Assembly: GCA_947085425.1 (NCBI GenBank) | Contig: CAMTWK010000026.1 | Location: 6,507-70,506, forward strand | DNA: 64,000 nucleotides | Direction: 5' to 3' | Source: an uncultured Burkholderiales bacterium | Lineage (GTDB): Bacteria > Pseudomonadota > Gammaproteobacteria > Burkholderiales > Usitatibacteraceae | Shown: positions 8,860 through 18,288 of the stretch, one piece after another | How the letters are laid out: every line of letters starts with the position of its first letter | Position numbering within the stretch: the stretch's first letter is position 1 | Notes under the pieces: model-generated | What the model was told of the DNA's origin: nothing | Seen by the model: the letters and a program-made list of their open reading frames with translations, nothing else | Databases searched by the model: none | Made by a program: the position numbers and the translations under genes

Positions 8860-9668
8860 GCACGCACTTATTGATTGACGCCGGCAATAGCCGCATCAAA
8901 TGGCGGTTGGTCGCTAACGGAACCGAACGAACCGGTGTTGTCCTGACCAGTTTGATCACCAGCGATCCATCCGCGCTCATTGACCTCAAAAAAATTGCGG
9001 CGGCCTGCGAGTTGCAGATCACCGCGTCTGTTGTCGCAGGAAAACCGGTCCAAGACGCGTTGCTCGCCGCAGTCCATCCGCAGCCGATTCATTTTGTTTG
9101 TTCGACTGCGTCCGCCTGCGGATTGATCAATCAATATACGCAGCCGAGCCAACTGGGCAGCGATCGGTTTGCCGCACTGATTGCCGCGCATCATTTACAC
9201 ACCACCACCGGCACCGCGCCAAGTCACCGCGCGCGGACAAAATTGGTAGTGATGGCGGGCACGGCAATCACCATCGACGCGCTAACCGCCGACGGCATAT
9301 TTTTGGGCGGCGTCATTTTGCCGGGGCTTGCCACCATGCAAATTGCGCTCGGTCAACACACCGCATTATTGCCGGCCTACCAACCCGCATCCGGCGCGGT
9401 CGCCGGGCCGGTGACGTTTGCACGTGACACCCGTTCCGCCATTCAAACTGGCGCCGTTGATGCTGCCGTCGGCGCGATTTTGGAAAACATCCGCCGATTG
9501 CAGCGGGCCGTACCCGCGAACATTGAGTCAAACATTGAAATTGTCGCCAGTGGCGGCGATATCAGCGCAATTGCTCATGCTATCTCACCACCGATGTCGA
9601 TCCCGCTTACAATCATCGATGATTTGGTCATTCGCGGCCTCCACTTGATCGCACAGCAACAAAATTAG
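8856..9668 (+). CDS. coaX: Type III pantothenate kinase CoaX
   Basis: 270 aa starting MSTHLLIDAGNSRIKWRL (the ASKHA phosphate-1 motif of CoaX). The birA-coaX pairing is common in Betaproteobacteria. Confidence 0.9.
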   Translation: MSTHLLIDAGNSRIKWRLVANGTERTGVVLTSLITSDPSALIDLKKIAAACELQITASVVAGKPVQDALLAAVHPQPIHFVCSTASACGLINQYTQPSQLGSDRFAALIAAHHLHTTTGTAPSHRARTKLVVMAGTAITIDALTADGIFLGGVILPGLATMQIALGQHTALLPAYQPASGAVAGPVTFARDTRSAIQTGAVDAAVGAILENIRRLQRAVPANIESNIEIVASGGDISAIAHAISPPMSIPLTIIDDLVIRGLHLIAQQQN

Positions 9669-9724
9669 GCTTCAACCGGCCCCACATTTTTTACTTCGAT
9701 CGCGTTAATTACACACTTATCCCC

Positions 9725-10516
9725 ATGGCACGATTTATTTTCTTTGTCCTTCTCATTGCCAATGTCGCCTTGGGTGCCCATCTGTATTTGTCCCCAACCA
9801 ATAACGGTGAAAACTCCCCCAAAGAGATTAATCGTGAGGCGGTAAAGATCATTTCGATCACCGATTCGGTGCGCGCACAAAAAGAGGCGGTTGAAGCCAA
9901 AACTCTGGTGCAGAGCCTGGTCACCGCGCAATGTATGCAGCTCAGTGTGCGTCCGGCGGATGTAGCTCGTGCACAAACCGCGTTTGCCGCCCTGCAACTG
10001 GGCGACCGGCTGTCCTCAAAAAATATTGAAGAGTTCACCCGCTTCGCCATCGCCCTTCCCATTCAACGTGATCGGAAAGCCGCCGATGCTTTGATTGCAA
10101 ATCTAAAAAAGGCAAATGTAAAGGATCTACTGGTGATGGCGGATCACTCCATTTCACTCGGTTTGTTTTCCAGTGATGAAACAGCCAGGCGAGTGGTCAG
10201 CGATTTGGAAACCAAAATTCCCACACTGATCAAAGGCATTACGATCACGGCAAAAAATCCGATCGCCAAAGAAACCACATTTGCCATCCGCGCCCCGGAT
10301 GCCACCCTCATCGCAAAAGTGGCGCTGATGCAACGAGAATTTGAAGCGAGTGTATTAAAAGGGGTGGAGTGCCCCAACCCGGCGGGGACGGCTACCGCCT
10401 TATCGAGCCCGGCGAGCCCATCGTCTTCAACCACGCCGGCTGCACCGACGCCAACCAACGATACCGCAACGGTTGCACCGGCCAATAACCCCACTGCGCC
10501 CGTCGGCAAACGCTAA
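9725..10516 (+). CDS. Membrane-anchored SPOR-like domain protein with a Pro/Thr/Ala-rich tail
   Basis: 263 aa with the N-terminal anchor MARFIFFVLLIANVALGAHLYL. HSISLGLFSSDETARRVVSDLETK resembles the SPOR core. The C-terminus SSPASPSSSTTPAAPTPTNDT is low complexity. Confidence 0.5.
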   Translation: MARFIFFVLLIANVALGAHLYLSPTNNGENSPKEINREAVKIISITDSVRAQKEAVEAKTLVQSLVTAQCMQLSVRPADVARAQTAFAALQLGDRLSSKNIEEFTRFAIALPIQRDRKAADALIANLKKANVKDLLVMADHSISLGLFSSDETARRVVSDLETKIPTLIKGITITAKNPIAKETTFAIRAPDATLIAKVALMQREFEASVLKGVECPNPAGTATALSSPASPSSSTTPAAPTPTNDTATVAPANNPTAPVGKR

Positions 10517-10577
10517 TTGTCAGACCGCATGGTACCGCCCGCACAAGTTTAGCCATCATAAGTGGCGGCGAATGAAA

Positions 10578-13553
10578 TTATTCGGCCGGCAAACCATCTG
10601 TTTTTGCCTGCGCCAGCCGCGCAAATGCGTCACAAAAATCTTCCACGGCATTGACCTTGAAAATTACTTCGCACACGCCCACCTGGTCTGCCTGCGCGCG
10701 CAGTACTTCATCGATAAAACCCGAAGCCACCGCAACCGGTAAATCGGCGCGGATGGCACGGGCCTCTCGCGCCACATCCAGCCCGGACATTCCAGGCATA
10801 TTGTAGTCGGTAACCAGTAAATCAAAAGCTTGCGGGTTGGCACGAAGTGCGGCCAGCGCGTCATTCTGGACAATAAAACCGCTCACCGAGAAACCCCGTC
10901 GCTGCAATAATCTTTGCACCAGAAAAACCAAGGCTTCGTCGTCATCCACGTATAAAATTCGCTGCCCTTTGCCCGCCTTCGGTGATTCTTTTTTTTGCGG
11001 CGCCGCTTCTTGTGGCGACAACAACGCATCGGTGATCACTGGCAAATAGATGAAAATCGTTGTCCCCTGTCCCGGTGTACTGTCGACAACGATTGCACCA
11101 TGGTGAGACTGCACGATGCCATGTACAACCGACAAACCGAGTCCGGTGCCCTCGTCAACCGGTTTGGTGGTAAAAAACGGTTCGAAAATTCGCCCGATAA
11201 TTATTGCATCCATCCCCGAGCCGTTATCTTGTACGCCAAGACGAACCGCCTTGCCACCTTTTTTGGAAAACAACGCACCAACACTGGGATGCGATTTTGC
11301 AAAATCGGCATCTACAGCCACCTCATCCAATCGAATTTCAACCCGGCCCGCCTTGCCATTCATGGCCTGCGCGGCATTGGTCACCAGGTTGATGACGACC
11401 TGCTGAATCTGTGTGGTATCGGCCTGCACTTCGACGCCACCGGCATCGCCGTCAAATTCCAGCTCCACTCTGGCGGGCAAGGTCGCGCGCAACATCCGCA
11501 CCGACTCGTCGACGACCGCCCCCAACGCAATCGGTTTTAATTCCGTTGGCTGGCGGCGACTAAAGGAAAGAATTTGCTGCACCAGATTGCGTGCGCGCGC
11601 CGCCGATTTGCGGATTTCGTTCAGACTCTGCAATGCCACCGGATTGTCACTGACATCTTCTCTCGCCAGTTCGATGTTGCCCAAAATGCTGGCGATAATA
11701 TTATTAAAATCGTGCGCGATGCCACCGGCGAGGGTGCCAATTGCCTGCATTTTTTGCGATTCCCGCAATTGTTCCTCAAGCTGCGTTCGCGCCGCCTCGG
11801 CTTCAGACTGCTTGATCTGCGTTTGCTGCAACTCAAGCAGCGCGTCGGCCGCCTGCCGCCGGGCACGCTCGGCAGAGGCGTATGCGAAGGCATTGTCCAG
11901 CGCGATCGCCGCATAGGCGCTCAGTGTCCGACAGATAAAGCCTTCGCGTTCACCATAGGCGTTCGGGCGAATCGACTGGATGGACATCACACCTATCAAG
12001 CGATCGCCAATCATCAGCGGCACGTAAAGCATGCTCAACGACAATAAGGTTCCGGGCACCCGATTTGTTTTGTCTTCCTCGTCGGCGTTAACGCTAAGCT
12101 CCTGCCGCTCGCGCGCGCACTGCGCGGTATACGATGTCGGATCGTCCATTGGAATGGCCAGATAAGCCAGCTGTTTACCATCCTCATAATCAAAGGAGCC
12201 ATTTAATAATTTGCCGGTTGGATCGAGCAGGTAAACAGAAAACGACGTAACGTCAAACAGATTGCTAACATGGCGCAGCATGGTGGCAAACACTGCATCA
12301 GCATTCAGACTCGCAGTCAACTCACGGCCTATTTTGCCCAACGTTTCCAACGTCGCGCTTGCTTCTTGCAGGGCCGCCACCCGGCTGGCCTCGGATCGGA
12401 TTTGTTCGCCGAGGTCACTAATAATGGAAATAGACCCGCTATATTTGCCGTCAACGTAGCGTGGTGCAGAGGTAATTGAAACCTGGGCATCACTGCCGTC
12501 TTTTCGACGTAAACACGATCGATAGGTGGATGCCCGCCCGGATCGCCGTGACTCCCTCTGCAACCATTCCTCGCGCCGCGACTCGGGCATGGTGAGCATA
12601 CTCGCGGTCAACGCCAAAATCTCCTGCTCGTCGTATCCGACAATCTTGGCAAATGCCGGATTGACAAATTCAAAACGCCCATCTTCGTTGGTGATGGTCA
12701 GACCCTGACCAATATTGTTGACAATCTGCGCGGCAAAATCACGTTGCACCCGCAGCTCGCGCTCGGCTTCCGCTGTTTTTTTCGCCTGCATTTCAAATTT
12801 TTCGCGGAACGTATACGCAAAGAAAAAATCCTTTAGCGGGCGATTCGGTGCCGAGTTGCTGATTTCCGTCGGCTCGACAAAGCGGATGTACAAATACAAT
12901 GCGACCGACAGGACAAATGCGATCATCAGTTTGGTCGTGACGGCGGCATATAACAGCGATGAGAATGTGGCACTTTCCACAAATGCGCCGGTGGTAAACG
13001 CAACCCCGTCAAAAACCAAAACACACGCCAAGGTAACAAACACCCGTAAAAACGGCAGCCCAGGAAAGTGGCGGTTCATGGCGCCATACAAAACCATCAG
13101 CAAAAATACGTCTGCAAGCAATACCGCCGTACCCACCAAGGTGACGCGTGCGCTCTGATGAAAAATTTCAGCGGAAATGTTTAAAAAATTGCTGGTGCCG
13201 GGAATAGTTACCTGAATGCTGGCGATAAACATCACCAGCGTCATAATCAAATTTGCACCGATAATTCCGTAAATAATTTTGCGTGCTTCGCCTGCATCCT
13301 CACGCAGGTAGACCAGCAGGATCGCCATCACACTGATGGCAAACATGATTGTTCCCGGACTGACCGTAACACCCTCCCACAGCGGCACATATATTGACGA
13401 GGTCAATATGACCTGTACCGGTTGAAACACACCCAACGAGATATAGAGGGGCGTCAGCCCATATCGCTGGCGCAGCCAAAACAGGCAGAACACCAAACCC
13501 ATCAGTCCCATCGCCTGAAAGGCTAGAAAAAACAGAGCCGCACTTTGCATCAT
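10578..13553 (-). CDS. Hybrid sensor histidine kinase / response regulator (polytopic N-terminal membrane domain, PAS, GAF, HisKA, HATPase, REC)
   Basis: Lies in ORF 10578..13643(-). ATGATG at 13553 follows a GAGGGAG RBS. About 270 aa of multiple TM helices are followed by PAS (ITNEDGRFEFVNPAF) and a GAF-like region. The H-box is GIAHDFNNI, the ATPase G-boxes are GTGLGLSVVHG, and the C-terminal REC is RILYVDDDE...DLLVTDYNMPGMSG. Confidence 0.9.
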   Translation of the reverse strand: MMQSAALFFLAFQAMGLMGLVFCLFWLRQRYGLTPLYISLGVFQPVQVILTSSIYVPLWEGVTVSPGTIMFAISVMAILLVYLREDAGEARKIIYGIIGANLIMTLVMFIASIQVTIPGTSNFLNISAEIFHQSARVTLVGTAVLLADVFLLMVLYGAMNRHFPGLPFLRVFVTLACVLVFDGVAFTTGAFVESATFSSLLYAAVTTKLMIAFVLSVALYLYIRFVEPTEISNSAPNRPLKDFFFAYTFREKFEMQAKKTAEAERELRVQRDFAAQIVNNIGQGLTITNEDGRFEFVNPAFAKIVGYDEQEILALTASMLTMPESRREEWLQRESRRSGRASTYRSCLRRKDGSDAQVSITSAPRYVDGKYSGSISIISDLGEQIRSEASRVAALQEASATLETLGKIGRELTASLNADAVFATMLRHVSNLFDVTSFSVYLLDPTGKLLNGSFDYEDGKQLAYLAIPMDDPTSYTAQCARERQELSVNADEEDKTNRVPGTLLSLSMLYVPLMIGDRLIGVMSIQSIRPNAYGEREGFICRTLSAYAAIALDNAFAYASAERARRQAADALLELQQTQIKQSEAEAARTQLEEQLRESQKMQAIGTLAGGIAHDFNNIIASILGNIELAREDVSDNPVALQSLNEIRKSAARARNLVQQILSFSRRQPTELKPIALGAVVDESVRMLRATLPARVELEFDGDAGGVEVQADTTQIQQVVINLVTNAAQAMNGKAGRVEIRLDEVAVDADFAKSHPSVGALFSKKGGKAVRLGVQDNGSGMDAIIIGRIFEPFFTTKPVDEGTGLGLSVVHGIVQSHHGAIVVDSTPGQGTTIFIYLPVITDALLSPQEAAPQKKESPKAGKGQRILYVDDDEALVFLVQRLLQRRGFSVSGFIVQNDALAALRANPQAFDLLVTDYNMPGMSGLDVAREARAIRADLPVAVASGFIDEVLRAQADQVGVCEVIFKVNAVEDFCDAFARLAQAKTDGLPAE

Positions 13554-13699
13554 TACTCCCTCAATACTATTTTCACAGGTTGCCAGCCAATCCCAAAAGT
13601 AAAGAAAAATCAGCCACTTCCTGAAGTCATGTTCTGCATCCAATCCAACGATTAACGATTAACGATTCATTGCGAATCTCTTTCAACGACGGAGTTTTC

Positions 13700-14539
13700 T
13701 TATTTGTTTTTTTCTGCCTGTGCGGGCAATTTTGCAATCCGCACAAACGCATCACAAAAATCTTCAACCGCGTTGCCTTAAAAATGACCTCGCGCACACC
13801 CGCCTCTGCAGCTTGCTGCTGCAATGTTTCGTCGATAAAACATCGCGAAGGCACTTTTAATGGCGCGCCGCTACCGATGTCACCAGAGTGCCGACCAGTT
13901 TCTCCGTGTCAACATTACGCCAGATCATTTTTTGGTCTTCCGTCATAAATCCGTAACGGCTACCCGTGGACATGGCTTCTTCGGCGACATTCGGCCGGAT
14001 CGCGAGCTGGTCAATGCCAAGATGAACCGCGCCAATCGTTGCCCGTGGGCGTTCAATATCGGCACACTCAGGATCGAAACCAAATTGCCGGTGATTTTTG
14101 AGACGGTCGGCGACCCGACGAAAAAATCCGCACCGGCCGATAATTGCTGAAACATACGCGTCTTGCTGATGTTCACCACCCGTCCATCTTTTGGCGGCAC
14201 AGCGGCACATATCACCTGACCGTCGATGTCGGAATAAGTCACGTCGGTGTAACCGGGGTGCAACGATAAAAAATCCGGCAATGTTGGATCTCACTGGCGG
14301 GGATCCACCCGCTTGATCAACGGGCGTGTGGCCAGTCGTTCAAGTACCGCACGCGCTCCGCCCATTATTTCGTCGGCATTGCCGGCCGTGACGGTTGCAA
14401 GAATTCGTTGCGAATTCTTGGTATTTGCGACCGACTGTTGCATATCCGCATAAATTCTCCAGGCGACAATCAACGCAAACGGGACAGACACCATCGTTAC
14501 CAATAAAAAAACATGGGTCCGTATGGAATTGAAACGCAC
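13700..14539 (-). pseudogene. Decayed sensor kinase gene: TM + Cache-like sensor region fused by deletion to the last ~45 codons of a REC domain
   Basis: Three ORF-track pieces (14291..14539, 13943..14281, 13857..14294 tail) form one sensor N-terminus. It is broken by an in-frame TGA (14293..14291) and a frameshift near 14040 (PILNAHGQ / TIGAVHLGIDQL). After the stop at 13857 the text continues as RCFIDETLQQQAAEAGVREVIFK, then (after a 1-nt shift near 13775) NAVEDFCDAFVRIAKLPAQAEKNK*. This parallels the C-terminus GFIDEVLRAQADQVGVCEVIFKVNAVEDFCDAFARLAQ of the intact neighbour. Confidence 0.75.
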
Positions 14540-14672
14540 TTGCCCCCCTTGATTTGCCGGATATTACAGCTGCGGTTGTTTGCTATGGCGCATCCCGTTC
14601 GTTTAAATGCCGGCACGACCACGCACCATTAACACGTGGTCGTATACATCAAAAACCCGACCAAATTGAGCG

Positions 14673-14704
14673 CGTTCAGCCGTTCAGCCGTTCAGCCGTT
14701 CAGC
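14673..14704. repeat. Perfect tandem repeat (CGTTCAGC)x4
   Basis: Four exact head-to-tail 8-mers lie in the intergenic region between the pseudogene start (14539) and the SPFH gene stop (14807). Confidence 0.95.
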
Positions 14705-14806
14705 CATGTCAATCGGCATTTTTTGTTATTTTCTTAAATCGCGCCCACCAAGCTCAGCCAGCCCCACGGATCGCGCGGACCGTGCAATTTTTGGCAAAGT
14801 GCCTCA

Positions 14807-15802
14807 CTAGGCCTTGCTACCCGGCCCGCCTCTCGACTTGTCCAAAACGGTCATGGCGGCGGACATCATGGCCGCAACATCGGCAATATTGGCCGGCACA
14901 ATCAGGGTATTGCCGACTTTGGCGAGGTTGCCGAACTGCGCGACATATTGCTCGGCAATTTTCAAATTGGCCGCCTGTTGACCACCCGGAACCTCCAGCT
15001 GGATGGCCACCACCCGCACCGCCAACGCCGTCGCGTCGGCCACCGTGGTCAATGCCAGCGCTTCACCCTGCGCACGGTTGATCGCCGCTTGTTTTTCGCC
15101 CTCCGACTCCAAAATCGCCGCTTGACGTTTACCGTCGGCAATATTGATTTCCTCTTGACGCAGGCCCTCGGACTTGGCGATCAATGCGCGTTTTTCACGC
15201 TCGGCAATGATTTGTGCCTGCATCGAACGCAGAATCGATTCCGGCGGGGTCAGGCTCTTGATTTCGTAACGCAACACCTTGATTCCCCAGGTGCGTCCGG
15301 CCTCATCCAGCACCGAAACAATTTGCCGGTTGATTTCATCGCGGCTCTCGAATGTTTTGTCGAGTTCCATTTTGCCGATTTCAGAACGCAATGCAGTCTG
15401 CGCCAACTGCGTGATGGCCATGATGTAATCCGACGAGCCATAACTGGCCAATTTTGGATCCATCACCTGGAAATAAATTATGCCGTCCACTGCCAGCTGG
15501 GTGTTGTCGCGGGTGATACAAACCTGCTCGGGAATATCCAGCGGGACTTCCTTCAAGCTGTGTTGATAATTGACGTGATCAATAAACGGCACAATCACGT
15601 TCAGACCCGGCAACAAGGTCGCGTGATATTTGCCGAAGCGCTCCACCACCCAGGCACTTTGTTGTGGAACAATACGCACGACTTCGATAATAAAAACAAC
15701 AATGGCACCCAGAAAGAAAAAGGGAATCGCATAACCTGAAAACACCGGCGTGGCGTACATGGCGGCGGTGGCAATAATCACGGCGACAAATTTAAAAAAC
15801 AT
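14807..15802 (-). CDS. SPFH/band 7 (stomatin-like) family protein
   Basis: Lies in ORF 14807..15889(-). ATG 15802 follows a GGAG RBS. An N-terminal TM is followed by IVPQQSAWVVERFGKYHATLLPGLNVIVPFID, the typical SPFH start. It lies downstream of an NfeD gene. Confidence 0.9.
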   Translation of the reverse strand: MFFKFVAVIIATAAMYATPVFSGYAIPFFFLGAIVVFIIEVVRIVPQQSAWVVERFGKYHATLLPGLNVIVPFIDHVNYQHSLKEVPLDIPEQVCITRDNTQLAVDGIIYFQVMDPKLASYGSSDYIMAITQLAQTALRSEIGKMELDKTFESRDEINRQIVSVLDEAGRTWGIKVLRYEIKSLTPPESILRSMQAQIIAEREKRALIAKSEGLRQEEINIADGKRQAAILESEGEKQAAINRAQGEALALTTVADATALAVRVVAIQLEVPGGQQAANLKIAEQYVAQFGNLAKVGNTLIVPANIADVAAMMSAAMTVLDKSRGGPGSKA

Positions 15803-15885
15803 GGGGACGCTCCGTTTAGGGTTGGTTTCGAAGACCTGCTTGTTCAGGTCGATACTGGGTGTGAGAAATTGGTCGCGGCTGTTCT

Positions 15886-16299
15886 TCAATTTGATACCAC
15901 CAACACACCATGCTCGGTGGCGGTTATGGTCAACACATCATTGGGCTTGGCGCTGCCGTTGACCCGGGCATCCCACGACGCACCGCGATACTTCACCCGG
16001 GCGGTATGGTTGGTTTCGTTCACCCAACTTTCAAAAATCACGGTCTGGCCGATCTCCAGACTATTCTGCGCGGCACTGTCTTTGGGGTGATTGCGCCACC
16101 AACGATGCACCAAATAGGTTCCGAGTAGCGCTGCGGCGGCGGTGGCCATCACCTGTAGCCAGAATGGCCCGCCCAGCCACGCAACCAGTGCACCAATCAA
16201 CGCCGAGGCACCAAACACCAACAGGTAAAAAGTGCCGGTCAGCAGGTCAATAATAATGAGTAAAAAACCAATAATAGCCCAGATCAAATATGCGGTCAT
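15886..16299 (-). CDS. NfeD family membrane protein
   Basis: Lies in ORF 15886..16404(-). ATG 16299 follows a GGAGAGGG RBS. There are three TM helices, then the OB-fold tail GQTVIFESWVNETNHTARVKYRGASWDARV. The NfeD-SPFH pairing is an operon classic. Confidence 0.85.
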   Translation of the reverse strand: MTAYLIWAIIGFLLIIIDLLTGTFYLLVFGASALIGALVAWLGGPFWLQVMATAAAALLGTYLVHRWWRNHPKDSAAQNSLEIGQTVIFESWVNETNHTARVKYRGASWDARVNGSAKPNDVLTITATEHGVLVVSN

Positions 16300-16507
16300 T
16301 GCAATCCCTCTCCTGGTGTCTGCATCATGTTTCGGCTGTTTTTGTTGTTTCGTTGTTTCGTTGTTTCGATGGCCGGGCTCATCACTCCAACGCCGGGGGC
16401 ACAAACTTCATTCAAATAACCCACGCCTTACAAAGGTGGACAACAGATTCGCCGTCAAATTCAACCGGCCGGCCGGCGGCGACAAGGGTTTTATCGGTGT
16501 ACGACTT

Positions 16508-16972
16508 TTACATCATTCGTTTTGCGGAAACAATGTTGGTATTGACCCCCGCAAAATTTAATCCGCCGAACAAGCGCCCGTGTTCAATTTTGACACATCG
16601 ATTCATCACCACATCCAATCCGGCTTGTGATGCCGTTGCCGCCGCCGATTCGTTAATCACACCCAATTGCATCCATAAACATTTGGCACCAATGGCAATC
16701 GCCTCGGTAGCCAAAACATCAAGTTCTTCTGATCGGCGAAAACAGTCAACCATATCGACTTTTTCCGGGATGTCCGCCAATGACGGATAACACTTTTCAC
16801 CGAGAACCTCAGTGTACGCCGGGTTGACCGGAATGATGCGATAACCGTGACCTTGCAGGTATTTCGCGACAAAATAACTCGGTCGCGACCAATTGGCGGA
16901 CAGCCCGACAACCGCAATGACTTGGTTGGTTGTCAACAGGCGGCGGAGTCCCGCAATGTCATCCACAGTCAT
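16508..16972 (-). CDS. CoA-binding domain protein (YccU/YneT-like)
   Basis: 154 aa containing IAVVGLSANWSRPSYFVAKYLQGHGYRIIPVNP, the CoA_binding_2 signature. Its ATG overlaps the ccmH stop (ATGA at 16972..16969). Confidence 0.8.
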   Translation of the reverse strand: MTVDDIAGLRRLLTTNQVIAVVGLSANWSRPSYFVAKYLQGHGYRIIPVNPAYTEVLGEKCYPSLADIPEKVDMVDCFRRSEELDVLATEAIAIGAKCLWMQLGVINESAAATASQAGLDVVMNRCVKIEHGRLFGGLNFAGVNTNIVSAKRMM

Positions 16973-17577
16973 TTTGGGTCCGGATCATTGTTGAGTAATT
17001 TTCGCGCCCGACGGGTGGCGTCATCGCCGCCAGCTGCGTCAGATGGCGGAAGCGGCGGTGAAACAACCAGCGCCCGACGACGCGCCATCCACCACATTAA
17101 TATTCCGCCGCCGCCCAGCAGGAAAAACGGGGCGAACCAAAGCAGGTAGGTTTTGCCATCCACCGGCGGTCTATACAGCACAAAATCGCCATAACGCGCC
17201 TTCAGGTAGGCCTTGATTTCATCGTCTGTCTTGCCATGATCTATCAGCAAACGCACTTCCCGTCTCAAATCACCGGCCAGCCCGGCGGGGGATTCGGCCA
17301 AAGTTTGATTTTGGCAAACCAAACAGCGTAATTCACTTTCTAATTTTTTCAATCGCTGCGCTAATTCTGGAGGCGGCAAATCTGGCTCTGCCATCTGGAT
17401 TTGTGCTTCGGCTGTAACGAAACCATAGATGAACACGGATAAACACAGATGTTTCAGTAGAAGTTTTTTGCCGCCGACGGACGCCGAAACCCGTCGATAA
17501 AATCTTGAAACATCAATAAATACGCGCGCTTTCAGGAACAAATGGCTGAAAGTGCTCTCCAGACGGTGAGTTTGCAT
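16969..17577 (-). CDS. ccmH: Cytochrome c-type biogenesis protein CcmH (CcmL)
   Basis: Lies in ORF 16969..17649(-) and has the LRCLVCQNQTLAESPAGLAGDLRREV signature. The start is uncertain. There is no ATG, GTG or TTG just before the signal-like KKLLLKHLCLSVFIYGFVTAEA, so the in-frame ATGs are 17577 (used here) or 17649. Confidence 0.8.
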   Translation of the reverse strand: MQTHRLESTFSHLFLKARVFIDVSRFYRRVSASVGGKKLLLKHLCLSVFIYGFVTAEAQIQMAEPDLPPPELAQRLKKLESELRCLVCQNQTLAESPAGLAGDLRREVRLLIDHGKTDDEIKAYLKARYGDFVLYRPPVDGKTYLLWFAPFFLLGGGGILMWWMARRRALVVSPPLPPSDAAGGDDATRRARKLLNNDPDPK

Positions 17578-17665
17578 ATTTTTTATGCAATTATCTTCAC
17601 CCTGCTGCGACAAATCTCGTTTGGTGTTATTGGTGTTATCCGTGTTCATCTGTGTTTATCTGTGG
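17427..17665. repeat. Inverted pair of GTGTT(N)ATC-unit repeat blocks flanking ~180 bp between ccmG and mature ccmH
   Basis: The plus strand at 17630-17665 reads ggtgttatccgtgttcatctgtgtttatctgtgg. The reverse complement of 17427-17451 reads catctgtgtttatccgtgttcatct. A shared core tatccgtgttcatct is present in opposite orientation. Confidence 0.7.
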
Positions 17666-17679
17666 TTGCTACGTTTTTT

Positions 17680-18288
17680 TTACAACGCTTTTTGCAATTC
17701 AAAAATCATCGGCAGCAACTTTTCATTCATCACTTTTGCATCAATGGGACCGGTATGTTTGAATCTGATGTTGCCCAGTTTATCAATCACAAATGTTTCC
17801 GGCGCACCATACACCCCCCAATCAATCGCCACCCGGCCGTCCAAATCGCTGACGCTGAGCTGGTACGGATCGCCAAATTTGGTCAACCAATTCTTGGCCG
17901 CGGTGGGGTCATCCTTCCAATTCAAACCCACGATCGGCAACAGTTTTTGTTTGGCCAGTTCGTTCAAAAATGGATGTTCGTACCGACACGACACACACCA
18001 GCTTCCCCAGACGTTTAACAACCACACCTGACCCTTGAGTTCACCCGGCGAAAACTGTATCTGCGGGGTATGCAACACCGGCAATTTAAACTGCGGTGCC
18101 GGCTTGTTGATGAGCGCCGACGGCACTTCACGTGGATTTAAAAACAACCCCTGATACAAGAACCAGACCAGCGTAAAAAAAATCACCAGCGGCAGGAAAA
18201 ACTGCCAGGCACGCTTCACTACCGACCCGGCTGCCGGCGAGGTAACTACCGCCGCTGGTTTTTCCGGCCGGTTTTCTGCGCCCGTCAT
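17680..18288 (-). CDS. ccmG: Thiol:disulfide oxidoreductase CcmG/DsbE
   Basis: 202 aa with an N-terminal anchor and the thioredoxin motif WGSWCVSCRYEHP. It overlaps the ccmF stop. Confidence 0.9.
   Translation of the reverse strand: MTGAENRPEKPAAVVTSPAAGSVVKRAWQFFLPLVIFFTLVWFLYQGLFLNPREVPSALINKPAPQFKLPVLHTPQIQFSPGELKGQVWLLNVWGSWCVSCRYEHPFLNELAKQKLLPIVGLNWKDDPTAAKNWLTKFGDPYQLSVSDLDGRVAIDWGVYGAPETFVIDKLGNIRFKHTGPIDAKVMNEKLLPMIFELQKAL

Noticed and set aside
14291-14293. In-frame TGA in the sensor gene as a possible selenocysteine codon
   Set aside because: The same gene also carries two frameshifts and a large deletion. No SECIS-like hairpin follows the codon. A simple nonsense mutation (for example from TGC/TGT) is the economical reading.
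17630-17665. Short GTGTT(N)ATC tandem units, and the 8-mer array at 14673-14704, as CRISPR-like arrays
   Set aside because: The units are 8-10 nt with no unique spacers and no cas genes nearby. They are simple tandem or inverted repeats.
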